From: an uncultured Bacteroidales bacterium
GTDB lineage: Bacteria > Bacteroidota > Bacteroidia > Bacteroidales > PUMT01
Direction: 5' to 3'
NCBI GenBank assembly: GCA_964520585.1
Contig: CAZFOO010000004.1
Coordinates: forward strand, 13,839-77,838
DNA: 64,000 nucleotides
Positions 1 through 9,462 of the stretch are shown in pieces. How positions within the stretch are numbered: the first letter of the stretch is position 1; each line of letters begins with the position of its first letter. The translations under genes and the position numbers were made by a program. The notes under the pieces were generated by a model that worked only from the letters and a program-made list of their open reading frames with translations, was not told the origin of the DNA and did no database searches.

Positions 1-457
1 CCGGCACTACCGTTTCGGGTATTTCCCTGCATACTTTTTCAACTACCTCATCATCCAGACCTAAAATTGCAGCCATGGTTGATGGCTCAGCTTCACAGGC
101 ACTTTGCATTGCCATTGCTCTTACTGAAACCAGTCTCAGACCGTCCTCAAAAGTAAGGCTTCCTGCAGCAACCAGGGCCGAAAATTCGCCCAGGGAATGG
201 CCGGCAACCATGCCGGGAGAAAATGAATCTCCGAGGACTTTTGCCGTTATCACAGAGTGAAGGAAGACAGCCGGCTGTGTAACCCTTGTTTGTTTAAGAT
301 CGTCTCCGGTTCCTCCAAACATTAGTTTTGTTATTTCAAATCCTAGTATTTTATTGGCTTTTTCGAATAAATCCATTGCAACCGGGAACCTGTCATATAG
401 GTCTTTGCCCATTCCCGGGAACTGGGCTCCCTGTCCGGGAAATACATATGCGTTCAT
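1..457 (-). CDS. fabD: malonyl CoA-ACP transacylase, 5' part (gene runs off the window start)
   Basis: Manual minus-strand translation from ATG at 457-455 gives MNAYVFPGQGAQFPGMGKDLYD...MVAGHSLGEFSALVAAG with the GHSLGE active-site motif. Absent from the ORF track because there is no stop inside the window. Confidence 0.85.
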   Translation of the reverse strand, partial: MNAYVFPGQGAQFPGMGKDLYDRFPVAMDLFEKANKILGFEITKLMFGGTGDDLKQTRVTQPAVFLHSVITAKVLGDSFSPGMVAGHSLGEFSALVAAGSLTFEDGLRLVSVRAMAMQSACEAEPSTMAAILGLDDEVVEKVCREIPETVVP

Positions 458-619
458 ATAATTTCTTTTTACTGTATTGGTAATATGCTTTATTTTAATT
501 GCTTGCGCATCCTGTTAAGCTCTATTTATATTAGTTTCACTAACAGCAGAAAATATCCTTTATGATCCGTATTTTCTTGGAAAACTACCTTCCAGGTCAA
601 TAGAATTACCGGGTCATGA

Positions 620-1291
620 TCAGTGAAGTTTAGCTCCTATGAGGTGAATGAATTCTTCCCGTGTCTGATTTTGGTTGAGGAAGGCACCAGTGAAGGCAGA
701 AGTGGTTGTTACCGAATTTTGTTTCTGGATTCCTCTCATTTGCATACACATGTGATGAGCTTCTATAACTACTGCCACACCCAGAGGATCAAGTGCCTGC
801 TGGATGCAATCCCTTATCTGAGTTGTCAGTCTTTCCTGTACCTGGAGTCTTCTTGAAAAGGCATCTACCACACGTGCTATCTTGCTTAGTCCGGTGATAT
901 GCATATTAGGTATATAACCAACATGTGCCTTCCCGTAAAAAGGTATCATGTGATGTTCGCACATCGAATACAGCTCGATATCCTTCACAAGGACCATTTG
1001 CTTGTAGTCTTCCCTGAATTTCGCGGAAGTTATTATATCCATAGGGTTCAGGTTATAACCGTGTGTCAGGAATTGCATGGCTTTGCCTACACGCATCGGT
1101 GTTTTTTCGAGACCTTCCCGGTTCGTATCTTCTCCGAGTATCCGGAGTATCTCTTTGTAGTGGTAAGCTAGTTTTACTGTGTCTTCCGGATGGAATATTT
1201 CAATTTTAGAGTAGCCGAATTCCTCATTTTCAATCGTCACATTTTCTGTCGGATCTATTTTCTTGTTTTTAGTTTCCATAATATTCTGCAT
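620..1291 (-). CDS. folE: GTP cyclohydrolase I
   Basis: The ORF contains [19 protein letters not shown] and HMCMQMRG, typical FolE strings. The track start at 1309 is a TTG; the first ATGs are at 1291 and 1279, so the start is uncertain by about 30 nt. Confidence 0.9.
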   Translation of the reverse strand: MQNIMETKNKKIDPTENVTIENEEFGYSKIEIFHPEDTVKLAYHYKEILRILGEDTNREGLEKTPMRVGKAMQFLTHGYNLNPMDIITSAKFREDYKQMVLVKDIELYSMCEHHMIPFYGKAHVGYIPNMHITGLSKIARVVDAFSRRLQVQERLTTQIRDCIQQALDPLGVAVVIEAHHMCMQMRGIQKQNSVTTTSAFTGAFLNQNQTREEFIHLIGAKLH

Positions 1292-1682
1292 AATTATTTT
1301 CGGTTTCAATAATTTTTATACGATGCAGTTCAATACCGAGCAGCCTGATATGAGGATCGAGCACATCCCAGATCGCCACTGCCAGATTTTCTGTGGATGC
1401 AATTTTTCCATTCATGAAATCCACTTCTGTGTTGATATTTTTATGATCTGCTTTTTCGATGACATGTTCTTTGATTATCTTGCTAAGTAATTTAAGATTA
1501 ACAACAAAGCCGGTTTCAGTGTTGATCTGCCCCTTAACGGTCACAAATAATATATAATTATGGCCGTGCCAGTTAGGATTTGAGCATTTCCCATAAACTT
1601 TTAAGTTTTCTTCATCCGTCCATTCTGGTTTAAACAGGCGGTGACCGGCATTGAATGTTTCTCTGCGGGTTACATGGATCAT
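1269..1682 (-). CDS. COG0720 6-pyruvoyl/6-carboxy-tetrahydropterin synthase
   Basis: 137 aa, starting [16 protein letters not shown], with CSNPNWHGH (Cx5HGH). It lies directly upstream of folE and overlaps it. Confidence 0.8.
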   Translation of the reverse strand: MIHVTRRETFNAGHRLFKPEWTDEENLKVYGKCSNPNWHGHNYILFVTVKGQINTETGFVVNLKLLSKIIKEHVIEKADHKNINTEVDFMNGKIASTENLAVAIWDVLDPHIRLLGIELHRIKIIETENNYAEYYGN

Positions 1683-1752
1683 GGTAACTTAGATTACATT
1701 ATAAATTTATATTAGCGGTGGTTGAAAACCAACCTGAATTAAACTTCAAATG

Positions 1753-1915
1753 TACATGAATTTTTTTTTATCCGAATTTTTCATCAGACGAAATCTGCAA
1801 AAAGTAAAGCTGGCTACATGAAAAATCGACGAAGTCAAAATACACATAGTCGGATGAAAAAAATTGACTTCGTTCATTAGATTATGCTGTGCTCATTTCT
1901 TTTAAAGGTATAATC
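1753..1915 (+). repeat. intergenic repeat family R1, copy A (slightly decayed)
   Basis: Aligns by eye at roughly 90 percent with 36931-37090. It contains an inverted repeat, AATCGACGAAGTCAA (1824-1838) / TTGACTTCGTTCATT (1864-1878), with 2 mismatches. Confidence 0.85.
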
Positions 1916-2087
1916 AACCGCAGGGTTACATTTTGTGAAAAATATTTTTTAGTCCGCTTGATACAAACAAGATTAGTTTACATATCATTTTGTTCGGTTG
2001 CTATTCTTACATTCAGCGTTCTTCCGTTTCCTGTTTTTGCACCGATGCATCTAAATAATTATCTTTGGGCCAACTAAAAATAATTAT

Positions 2088-3053
2088 ATGATCATTATAA
2101 CCGGAGCTGCCGGATTCATTGGCAGCAATCTTCTGGCAAGACTGAATTCTGATGGATACCGGGATATTGTGCTTGTGGATGATTTTAAACGAGAAGATAA
2201 AAATCTCAATATTGAAAGTAAGCAATATACTTTACGCATCCATCGTGATGAATTTCTGATTTGGCTGACAAAAAACCATAGGCTTATACAATTTGTTTTT
2301 CATCTGGGTGCACGAACCGATACTGCTGAAATGAGACAGGAGGTGTTCGACAGGCTTAATCTAAGCTATTCGAAGAAGTTGTGGACACATTGTGTTGAAT
2401 ATGGTCTTCCTTTAATATATGCCTCATCAGCAGCAACCTATGGATTGGGAGAACACGGATTTAGTGATGACCACACAATACCCGGAAAGCTTAAGCCCCT
2501 TAATCCATATGGAGAATCGAAAAATGAGTTTGATAAATGGGTTTTGCTTCAGGAGCAAAAGCCCTTTTTTTGGGCAGGGCTTAAATTTTTTAATGTTTAT
2601 GGTCCTAATGAATACCATAAAGGGCGTATGGCGTCGGTTGTCTTTCATGCATATAACCAAATAAAAGCAACAGGCAAAATGAAACTTTTCCGTTCTCATA
2701 ACCCTGGTTACGGTAACGGAGAACAAAAACGGGATTTTATCTATGTAAAAGATGTAGTAGATGTTCTGTGTTTTCTGATGCAAACCCGTAAGGATTCTGC
2801 TATCTATAATCTTGGCACCGGTGAAGCCCGTTCTTTCAGGGATCTTGCGCGAAGCACATTCGTTGCCATGGGGAAAGATGTGAACATTGTATTTATTGAT
2901 ACCCCGGAGGACATAAGAGATAAATACCAATACTTTACCGAGGCGGAAATGCAAAAATTGCGCAAAGCAGGTTATAAACGACCATTTACAAGCCTGGAGG
3001 AAGGCATCCAGGAATATGTTAGCAGTTATTTGGTGTCCGGATCGATAAGATAA
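2088..3053 (+). CDS. hldD: ADP-L-glycero-D-manno-heptose 6-epimerase-like NAD-dependent epimerase
   Basis: 321 aa with the TGAAGFIGSN Rossmann motif, YASSAATYG, NPYGESK and FNVYGPNEYHKGRMASVVFH. Confidence 0.75.
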   Translation: MIIITGAAGFIGSNLLARLNSDGYRDIVLVDDFKREDKNLNIESKQYTLRIHRDEFLIWLTKNHRLIQFVFHLGARTDTAEMRQEVFDRLNLSYSKKLWTHCVEYGLPLIYASSAATYGLGEHGFSDDHTIPGKLKPLNPYGESKNEFDKWVLLQEQKPFFWAGLKFFNVYGPNEYHKGRMASVVFHAYNQIKATGKMKLFRSHNPGYGNGEQKRDFIYVKDVVDVLCFLMQTRKDSAIYNLGTGEARSFRDLARSTFVAMGKDVNIVFIDTPEDIRDKYQYFTEAEMQKLRKAGYKRPFTSLEEGIQEYVSSYLVSGSIR

Positions 3054-3171
3054 TTATAGTCGTCTGACTCAAAAAAGATATTTGGTTTTGAACATTTAGG
3101 GAGGCAATTTGTTTGTAGTTTGTAATTAAACTAAATAAAAATAAAATTATAACTTTTAAAATTACAAGCAT

Positions 3172-3777
3172 ATGTCTTTCAAATTACCATCATTAAAATA
3201 TGATTACAATGCACTCGAGCCCCATATCGATGCCCGGACCATGGAGATCCACCACACTAAACATCATGCTGCATATACGGATAAGCTAAATACAGCAATA
3301 GAGAATACCGAACTTGCCGGGAAGAGCATTGAAAATATACTTGAAAATATTTCCGGTCACCCTGTGGGTGTGAGAAATAACGGGGGCGGGTATTTTAATC
3401 ACAATCTCTTCTGGGAAATAATGTCTCCCCGGGGCGGCGGTCAGCCAACAGGTGAGCTTTTGTCCGCCATCAACAACTCCTTCGGATCTTTTGAGTCATT
3501 CAAAGAGAAATTTTCGAACGCTGCTGCCACAAGATTCGGGTCTGGATGGGCATGGCTTGTTGCCAGAGATGGCAAACTCATGGTTACTTCTACCCCCAAC
3601 CAGGATAACCCGTTGATGGATGTTGTTCCTGCAGGTGAGAGAGGAATTCCCGTTTTGGGACTGGATGTATGGGAGCATGCTTACTATTTGCATTACCAGA
3701 ACAGAAGGCCGGATTATATAAATGCATTCTGGAACGTTATAAACTGGGATGAGGTGTCAAATAAATTGAAAGGATAG
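3172..3777 (+). CDS. sodA: superoxide dismutase, Fe/Mn family (Mn/cambialistic-type signature), cytoplasmic
   Basis: 201 aa with [28 protein letters not shown] and DVWEHAYYL. Confidence 0.9.
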   Translation: MSFKLPSLKYDYNALEPHIDARTMEIHHTKHHAAYTDKLNTAIENTELAGKSIENILENISGHPVGVRNNGGGYFNHNLFWEIMSPRGGGQPTGELLSAINNSFGSFESFKEKFSNAAATRFGSGWAWLVARDGKLMVTSTPNQDNPLMDVVPAGERGIPVLGLDVWEHAYYLHYQNRRPDYINAFWNVINWDEVSNKLKG

Positions 3778-3780
3778 AAT

Positions 3781-3808
3781 CTATGTTTTTCAAAACATAG
3801 TTATTTTT
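3781..3808 (+). terminator. rho-independent terminator after the first SOD gene
   Basis: CTATGTTTT-tc-AAAACATAG hairpin followed by TTATTTTT, 4 nt after the stop codon. Confidence 0.6.
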
Positions 3809-4092
3809 CATTTTTTAAATTGGTTAAGTAGAGGTTGGTTTTTAGGTTTGATTTGAAAAGGGGAGCTGATGAAAATCCGGTTTCCCTTTTGTGCATTAAA
3901 ATAATCCTTCTTTTTTTGTGCGAATAGACCGGACTGGTGCAGGCTTTTTGCATTTATGATTGTTGCTGAAATTCATTTGGTGCCTGAGGTGTATCTGAAA
4001 TAATTTCTCTTGTTTTTGTTGTTTTGCGGATTATTTCGTAAATTGTGTTTGTACGATATCAAACCTATTTAAAAACCAAATATTAATTAGCT

Positions 4093-4674
4093 ATGTCATT
4101 TAAACTGCCCGATTTACCTTATCTGCAAAACGAACTGGAACCATCTGTTTCTGAAAGAACCATCCAGTTCCATTATGGTAAACATCATCAGACCTATGTT
4201 AATAAAGTCAATGATCTGGTAAAAGGAACTGACTTTGAGGATGCTTCGCTTGAGACAATCATCAAGGAAGCTGATGGCGGCATTTATAATAATGGTGCCC
4301 AGGTGTGGAATCACACCTTTTATTTCAAATCTTTTTCTCCCTCAGGTGGGGGTGAACCCAATGCTAAGCTTGCCAGGGCAATAGAACGTGAATTTGATTC
4401 TTTTGTCAAGTTCCGTGAAGAATTCAGTAAATCCGCCGCCAGCCTGTTCGGATCCGGATGGGTATGGCTGGTTTCAGATGACAAAGGAGCCCTGGACATT
4501 ATACAGGAATCAAACGCCGGCAATCCTCTCCGCCGTGGATTAAACCCCATTCTTACTATAGATGTCTGGGAACACGCCTATTACCTGGATTATCAGAATA
4601 AACGTCCGGATTATATCGATTCTTTCTGGAAGATAGTGGACTGGCCCCTGGTAGAAGAACGTTATGCGGATTAG
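4093..4674 (+). CDS. sodB: superoxide dismutase, Fe type
   Basis: 193 aa with FHYGKHH, NNGAQVWNHTFYF (Fe-type Gln position) and [13 protein letters not shown]. Confidence 0.9.
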   Translation: MSFKLPDLPYLQNELEPSVSERTIQFHYGKHHQTYVNKVNDLVKGTDFEDASLETIIKEADGGIYNNGAQVWNHTFYFKSFSPSGGGEPNAKLARAIEREFDSFVKFREEFSKSAASLFGSGWVWLVSDDKGALDIIQESNAGNPLRRGLNPILTIDVWEHAYYLDYQNKRPDYIDSFWKIVDWPLVEERYAD

Positions 4675-4800
4675 CCAGATTGATTTGAGAAATTTTTCAC
4701 TTAATCTTTGGACCGCACCTCATTGAGGCAATATTCCGGAGGGGCTTTGCCCAAAATACATTTGTGATTAGTGGATAATCCGGGGTTAGAAAATTTTTTA

Positions 4801-4833
4801 AGATAAAAGTCCCGTTAACCGGGACTTTTATCT
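4801..4833. terminator. bidirectional hairpin terminator between convergent SOD genes
   Basis: Perfect 14-bp stem AGATAAAAGTCCCG / CGGGACTTTTATCT with a 5-nt loop. A T/A-rich run flanks it on both strands. Confidence 0.65.
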
Positions 4834-4959
4834 TTATGACAGGCTTATTAAGCCCGTTAAGTATTTTGAGGAAACGGGAATAAAATATCGAACTTTTACC
4901 TGAATCATTATAAGTGGCCGGTTCATTATGAGCAGGAATCCGGGGCTGTAATGCCGGGC

Positions 4960-5691
4960 TTAAGCTTCTCTAAGCCTTTTTCCTACAGCTCCCCAGTTGA
5001 TTATGTTCCAGAAAGCAGATATGTAGTCGCCTCTTTTGTTTTGATAATTAAGGTAGTAGGCATGTTCCCATACATCAAGTCCCAAAATCGGGGTGCCCTT
5101 TTCACCGGCAGGAACAACATCCATCAACGGGTTATCCTGGTTAGGAGTAGAAGTAACCATGAGTTTTCCGTCTCTGACAATAAGCCATGCCCATCCAGAC
5201 CCGAATCTTGTGGCAGCAGCATTTGAAAATTTCTCTTTGAATGACTCAAAAGATCCGAAGGAGCTGTTGATGGCCGACAGGAGGTCATCTGTTGGCTGAC
5301 CTCCGCCTTTTGGAGACATTATTTCCCAGAAAAGACTATGGTTAAAATGCCCTCCTCCGTTATTCCTTATTGCTGTAGAGTATGAGGAAACTGATTTTAA
5401 AATAGATTCCAAATCTTTACCATCGTCTGAATCCTTAATTGCATTATTGAGGTTATTTACATAACCCGCGTGATGCCTGTTATAATGAATTTGCATGGTT
5501 AATGAATCAATGTAGGGTACTAGTGCATCATATGCATAAGGGAGGGGAGGCAATTCAAATCTGCCTTCCTGTAATAAGTTGTTGACATTAGCTGCTGCTG
5601 CTTCCTCATATCCTGCTTTAGCTATGAGGGGATATGATAGTAATCCCGCCATGCCAGCTAGTCCTTTTTTTAAAAACGTTCTTTTATCCAT
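4960..5691 (-). CDS. exported superoxide dismutase, Fe/Mn family (Mn/cambialistic-type signature) with N-terminal signal
   Basis: 243 aa. The mature part is collinear with the 3172-3777 SOD ([23 protein letters not shown]). It is preceded by [26 protein letters not shown]. Confidence 0.85.
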   Translation of the reverse strand: MDKRTFLKKGLAGMAGLLSYPLIAKAGYEEAAAANVNNLLQEGRFELPPLPYAYDALVPYIDSLTMQIHYNRHHAGYVNNLNNAIKDSDDGKDLESILKSVSSYSTAIRNNGGGHFNHSLFWEIMSPKGGGQPTDDLLSAINSSFGSFESFKEKFSNAAATRFGSGWAWLIVRDGKLMVTSTPNQDNPLMDVVPAGEKGTPILGLDVWEHAYYLNYQNKRGDYISAFWNIINWGAVGKRLREA

Positions 5692-5871
5692 ATTTTCCGG
5701 TTTAAAATGTAATTTGTTTATTTGTATATAGCATCTTAATAAAGAACAACATATGCCAGATTTTGTTCAAAAAAACCATTGGCTCTCAAATATCCATGAA
5801 AATTATTTCAGCCAATTTCCCATCAGAAATTCACTGAAAAATGAAAAAGATACAGCACGGAAAATCTAAGG

Positions 5872-5987
5872 AGTCAGTTTACACACAGACGGATGAAAAA
5901 ATTTTATGTTTAAGCGCAGCGGTTACTCCTGCAGATCAGAATTTTGTATTTTCCGGGCAAAATTTTGGCTTCTTGTTTTTTAAAAGG
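5872..5987 (+). repeat. intergenic repeat family R2, copy C
   Basis: Aligns with 53392-53507: CAGACGGATGAAAAAATTT..GCAGCGGTTaCTCCTG..AATTTTGgCTTCTTGTTTTTT. Confidence 0.75.
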
Positions 5988-6318
5988 AGAATAATACTAT
6001 CAAAATCCGGGTTTTCCCAGGAATAATGCCCGGAAAGGTTCTTTTGCCCGGGATGAAGAATAGCCTGGTCCCAAATTTTTTGGAAATGTTCTTATAAATG
6101 TAACCTTATGCAAATTCTCAACGTTTATCTTCTTAAGAAAGATTCTTCTATTTTTTAGTGGGTTATTTAAATGACAGATTTAGTGCTTTTTGTTGTCTAA
6201 TGCTCATATTTTTTTCATATCTCAGGGAAGCGGCCGTATTTTTCTGGAATCTAAAAGAAAGTGACGGGTTTTATTGCTATATCTCTGTGAAATATTATGT
6301 GTTTTACATTATTCTCAT

Positions 6319-7326
6319 ATGGCAGGTATTTGGCGCACTATAGTTTTTATGTTTTTTTTAATTTCGACTGCTTGTGGTCTTAAAGCCCAGGATCCGCAGT
6401 TTTCTCAATTTTATGCAAATCCTCTTTATCTAGCACCGTCATTTGCCGGTCTTACAGATGGCAGCCGCATTAGCGCTAATTACAGAAATCAGTGGCCTCA
6501 GCTTCCGGGGAAATTTACAACCTACACATTCAGTTACGATCACTGGTTTGATAATTATGACAGCGGAGCCGGAATACTTATGATGCAGGACATGGCAGGA
6601 AGCGGGAATCTCCGTACAACAAATATTGGCGTTCAATATTCCTATGATTTCCCGTTAAATAATGAATGGCAAATGAGACCGGGAGTCCATTTTTTTTATA
6701 CCGAGCGTGCCATCGATTTTGATAAGCTTGTATTTAATGATCAGATCACGCCCGACGGGCGTCGTCCTACAACTATCGAGATCCCTCCTTTAAGTAAAAG
6801 AGGCGGTGTTGATTTTTCTACTTCGGCTCTGGCATATTCTGAGGCTTATTGGTTTGGCTTTGCCGTTGATCATTTACTCAGGCCAAATCACTCCCTGTTT
6901 GAATTTGAAGGTGATGATGCTTCCAATGCTTTTGTTCCTGTCAAATATTCTCTATTTGGAGGTACAAAATTCTCGCGTAGCGGGCGGACTATCGCCAGGC
7001 TGGAAGAGAGTGTTCAGCTTGCATTTTTATACCGGCAACAGGGACCATTTAATCAGCTTGACCTGGGTCTTTACTGGTATAGAAATCCACTTGTTGTTGG
7101 TGCATGGTTTAGGGGTATACCCGGACTGAGCAGTGGTGGTCAGGATGCCGTGATCTTCCTTTTGGGATACAAAGTTGATCAGTTTAACATCGGTTACAGC
7201 TTTGATTTTCCTATTTCCCATTTACTTGGTTCAACCGGAGGGGCACATGAAATATCGATCACGTATTCATGGACATCAATACGTATTCCTAAAAAACCCA
7301 GGATGGTGCCTTGCCCGGAATTTTGA
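6319..7326 (+). CDS. type IX secretion system membrane protein PorP/SprF family
   Basis: Signal peptide followed by AQDPQFSQFYANPLYLAPSFAG, the characteristic PorP/SprF N-terminus. The first ATG is at 6319; the track start at 6274 is a TTG. Confidence 0.8.
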   Translation: MAGIWRTIVFMFFLISTACGLKAQDPQFSQFYANPLYLAPSFAGLTDGSRISANYRNQWPQLPGKFTTYTFSYDHWFDNYDSGAGILMMQDMAGSGNLRTTNIGVQYSYDFPLNNEWQMRPGVHFFYTERAIDFDKLVFNDQITPDGRRPTTIEIPPLSKRGGVDFSTSALAYSEAYWFGFAVDHLLRPNHSLFEFEGDDASNAFVPVKYSLFGGTKFSRSGRTIARLEESVQLAFLYRQQGPFNQLDLGLYWYRNPLVVGAWFRGIPGLSSGGQDAVIFLLGYKVDQFNIGYSFDFPISHLLGSTGGAHEISITYSWTSIRIPKKPRMVPCPEF

Positions 7327-7485
7327 ACCGTTTAAATTTATTTAATAGCAGTAGCCGTTTTGTGGTTGTGAAATCCATAAAATTCTTGTAGGTTTGTAAA
7401 CTTTTATTTCCTGAATTTTTCTGGAATAGAATGAAATATTTTTCATTTTGAACGTTTATTTATTAAAACAACTTATCTTTTAAAC

Positions 7486-8097
7486 ATGAAGAATTTATCA
7501 TTGATAGTTAATGTTATTTTGGGAGTAGCCGTTGCAGTTCTTTATTTCCTGCACTTTAACGGACCGGCAATAAATGAAGATCTGCAGGACGAATCTGTGG
7601 AAAGAGGTGAGTATTTGCCATCCTCAGCCAACATTGTCTATGTTAATTTTGACACTTTGCTTAATAATTACGACATGTTTTTTGAATTGCAGAAGAAATT
7701 CCTCGAAAAACAGCAGTCCCTGGAATCAGATCTTACCAGGAGCTCCCGTTCATATGAAAATCAGGTTGTCGATTTTCAGGATAAAGTACAGAAAGGACTG
7801 GTTACACGTTCCCAGGCACAGCAACTGGAACTGGAACTTACACAGCTTCAGCAGGAGCTCATGCAGCAACGTGAACAGTATTCACAGGAACTGATGGAAG
7901 AAGAACAGGTGATGAACAGGCAGTTGCAGCACAGCATATATGATTATCTTGAGGAATACAACAAAGATCATGACTATCATTATATCCTGAGCCATTCATT
8001 TGGAGGGCCTTTTCTTTATACCGACGAAAACCTTAATATTACCCGGGATGTTATCGAGGGGCTTAACAAAAAATACCAGGAAGATAATCTGGAATAA
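7486..8097 (+). CDS. OmpH/Skp family periplasmic chaperone
   Basis: 203 aa with an N-terminal anchor/signal and a Q/E-rich coiled-coil middle (QAQQLELELTQLQQELMQQREQ), typical of OmpH. Confidence 0.7.
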   Translation: MKNLSLIVNVILGVAVAVLYFLHFNGPAINEDLQDESVERGEYLPSSANIVYVNFDTLLNNYDMFFELQKKFLEKQQSLESDLTRSSRSYENQVVDFQDKVQKGLVTRSQAQQLELELTQLQQELMQQREQYSQELMEEEQVMNRQLQHSIYDYLEEYNKDHDYHYILSHSFGGPFLYTDENLNITRDVIEGLNKKYQEDNLE

Positions 8098-8108
8098 ATA
8101 ATACAGGG

Positions 8109-9377
8109 ATGGGATTTGCTTCATCCTATTTTCTCAGGCACAGGTTCTTTGCACCCTTTATAAAGGCAGCCCCGCAGCCGGGCACCTCATTGATAGTTGT
8201 TATACCCAGCTTCAATGAACCTGATCTTTCGGATACTTTATATTCACTTTATAATGCCTGCAGGCCTTCCTGCCCGGTCGAGGTTATTGTGGTGATAAAT
8301 TCACCTGAGGGAGCTGGTGAAAACATTATTGAACAGAACAGAAAAACCTTTGTGCAGGTTTATGAATGGAGCTCTGTATATTCTTCGCCGGCATTTAATG
8401 TTCATGTTATTGACGTGCCACCTTTTGCCAAAAAACATGCCGGAGCCGGGTTTGCAAGAAAAGCCGGAATGGATGAAGCACTGCACCGTTTCAATATTCT
8501 GAATAATGAAAGGGGAATAATTGTCTCTTTTGACGCCGACTCAACTTGTGACAAGAACTACTTCACCGAACTCGAAAAATGTTTTTCTGCAACAGGAATA
8601 GCAGGATGTAATATTTATTTTGAACATCCGCTATCCGGTAATGGAGAACCCTCTGTCCTCGACCGGGCTATAACCGAATATGAGCTGTACCTGAGATACT
8701 TTGTCCAGGCTATGCGACAGTCAGGCTTTCCCTACGCTTTTCATACCATTGGCAGTAGTTTTGCTGTAAACGCCAAGATATATGCCATTCAGGGAGGAAT
8801 GAACAGGAGAACCGCAGGTGAGGATTTTTACTTTCTTCATAAAATTTTCCCCCTGGGCAATTTTAAAGAACTCAACACAACAAGGGTTATCCCTTCATCA
8901 AGAGTTTCCGACAGGGTCCCGTTTGGTACAGGTGCAACCATGAAGAGATTAACCGGTAATATCCCGCAGGAGTTAAATGCTTATCCTTTGCAGTCGTTTG
9001 AGGAGTTGGAAATGTTATTTAAATCTGTACCGGATCTTTATGGTGCCGGGGAGAAAGTGGTGCTGGATGTTATGGAGAATCTTCCATATTGCTTGAGTAG
9101 CTATCTTAAAATGAATGATTTTGTAAATAAAATCAAACAGATCAATACTCATTCTGCGGGTCCGGATACTTTCAGGAAAAGATTTTTCACCTGGTTCAAC
9201 GCATTCAGACTAATTAAGTACCTGAATTATGCCAGGAATAACTGCAGGGACGATCAACAGATCAGTAAAGCTGCATGTTACCTGCTGGAAAGGCTTAATA
9301 AACCTTCTCCGGGAGGGAACCTTGAACTACTTATGAATTACCGCAAATTGCAAAGAGAAACAGTCTGGAGCTGCTGA
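8109..9377 (+). CDS. glycosyltransferase family 2 protein
   Basis: LIVVIPSFNEPDL near the N-terminus and a later SFDADS (DXD-like) motif. 422 aa. Confidence 0.6.
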   Translation: MGFASSYFLRHRFFAPFIKAAPQPGTSLIVVIPSFNEPDLSDTLYSLYNACRPSCPVEVIVVINSPEGAGENIIEQNRKTFVQVYEWSSVYSSPAFNVHVIDVPPFAKKHAGAGFARKAGMDEALHRFNILNNERGIIVSFDADSTCDKNYFTELEKCFSATGIAGCNIYFEHPLSGNGEPSVLDRAITEYELYLRYFVQAMRQSGFPYAFHTIGSSFAVNAKIYAIQGGMNRRTAGEDFYFLHKIFPLGNFKELNTTRVIPSSRVSDRVPFGTGATMKRLTGNIPQELNAYPLQSFEELEMLFKSVPDLYGAGEKVVLDVMENLPYCLSSYLKMNDFVNKIKQINTHSAGPDTFRKRFFTWFNAFRLIKYLNYARNNCRDDQQISKAACYLLERLNKPSPGGNLELLMNYRKLQRETVWSC

Positions 9378-9462
9378 TGAACAGGTCCTTTCTATACTGG
9401 ATATTGTGCTTCCTGCAGATCCCTTTTACTGTCACCGGTTAGGATATGCAGGGACGGGGACT

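Noticed and set aside
2427-2954. Long antisense ORFs inside well-supported genes. Examples: 2427-2954 (-), 12956-13402 (+), 14881-15447 (+), 23853-24299 (-), 31189-31653 (-), 33846-34328 (-), 51983-52366 (+).
   Set aside because: They lie fully within genes with clear family signatures on the other strand, and their translations are low-complexity or motif-free. I treat them as shadow ORFs.
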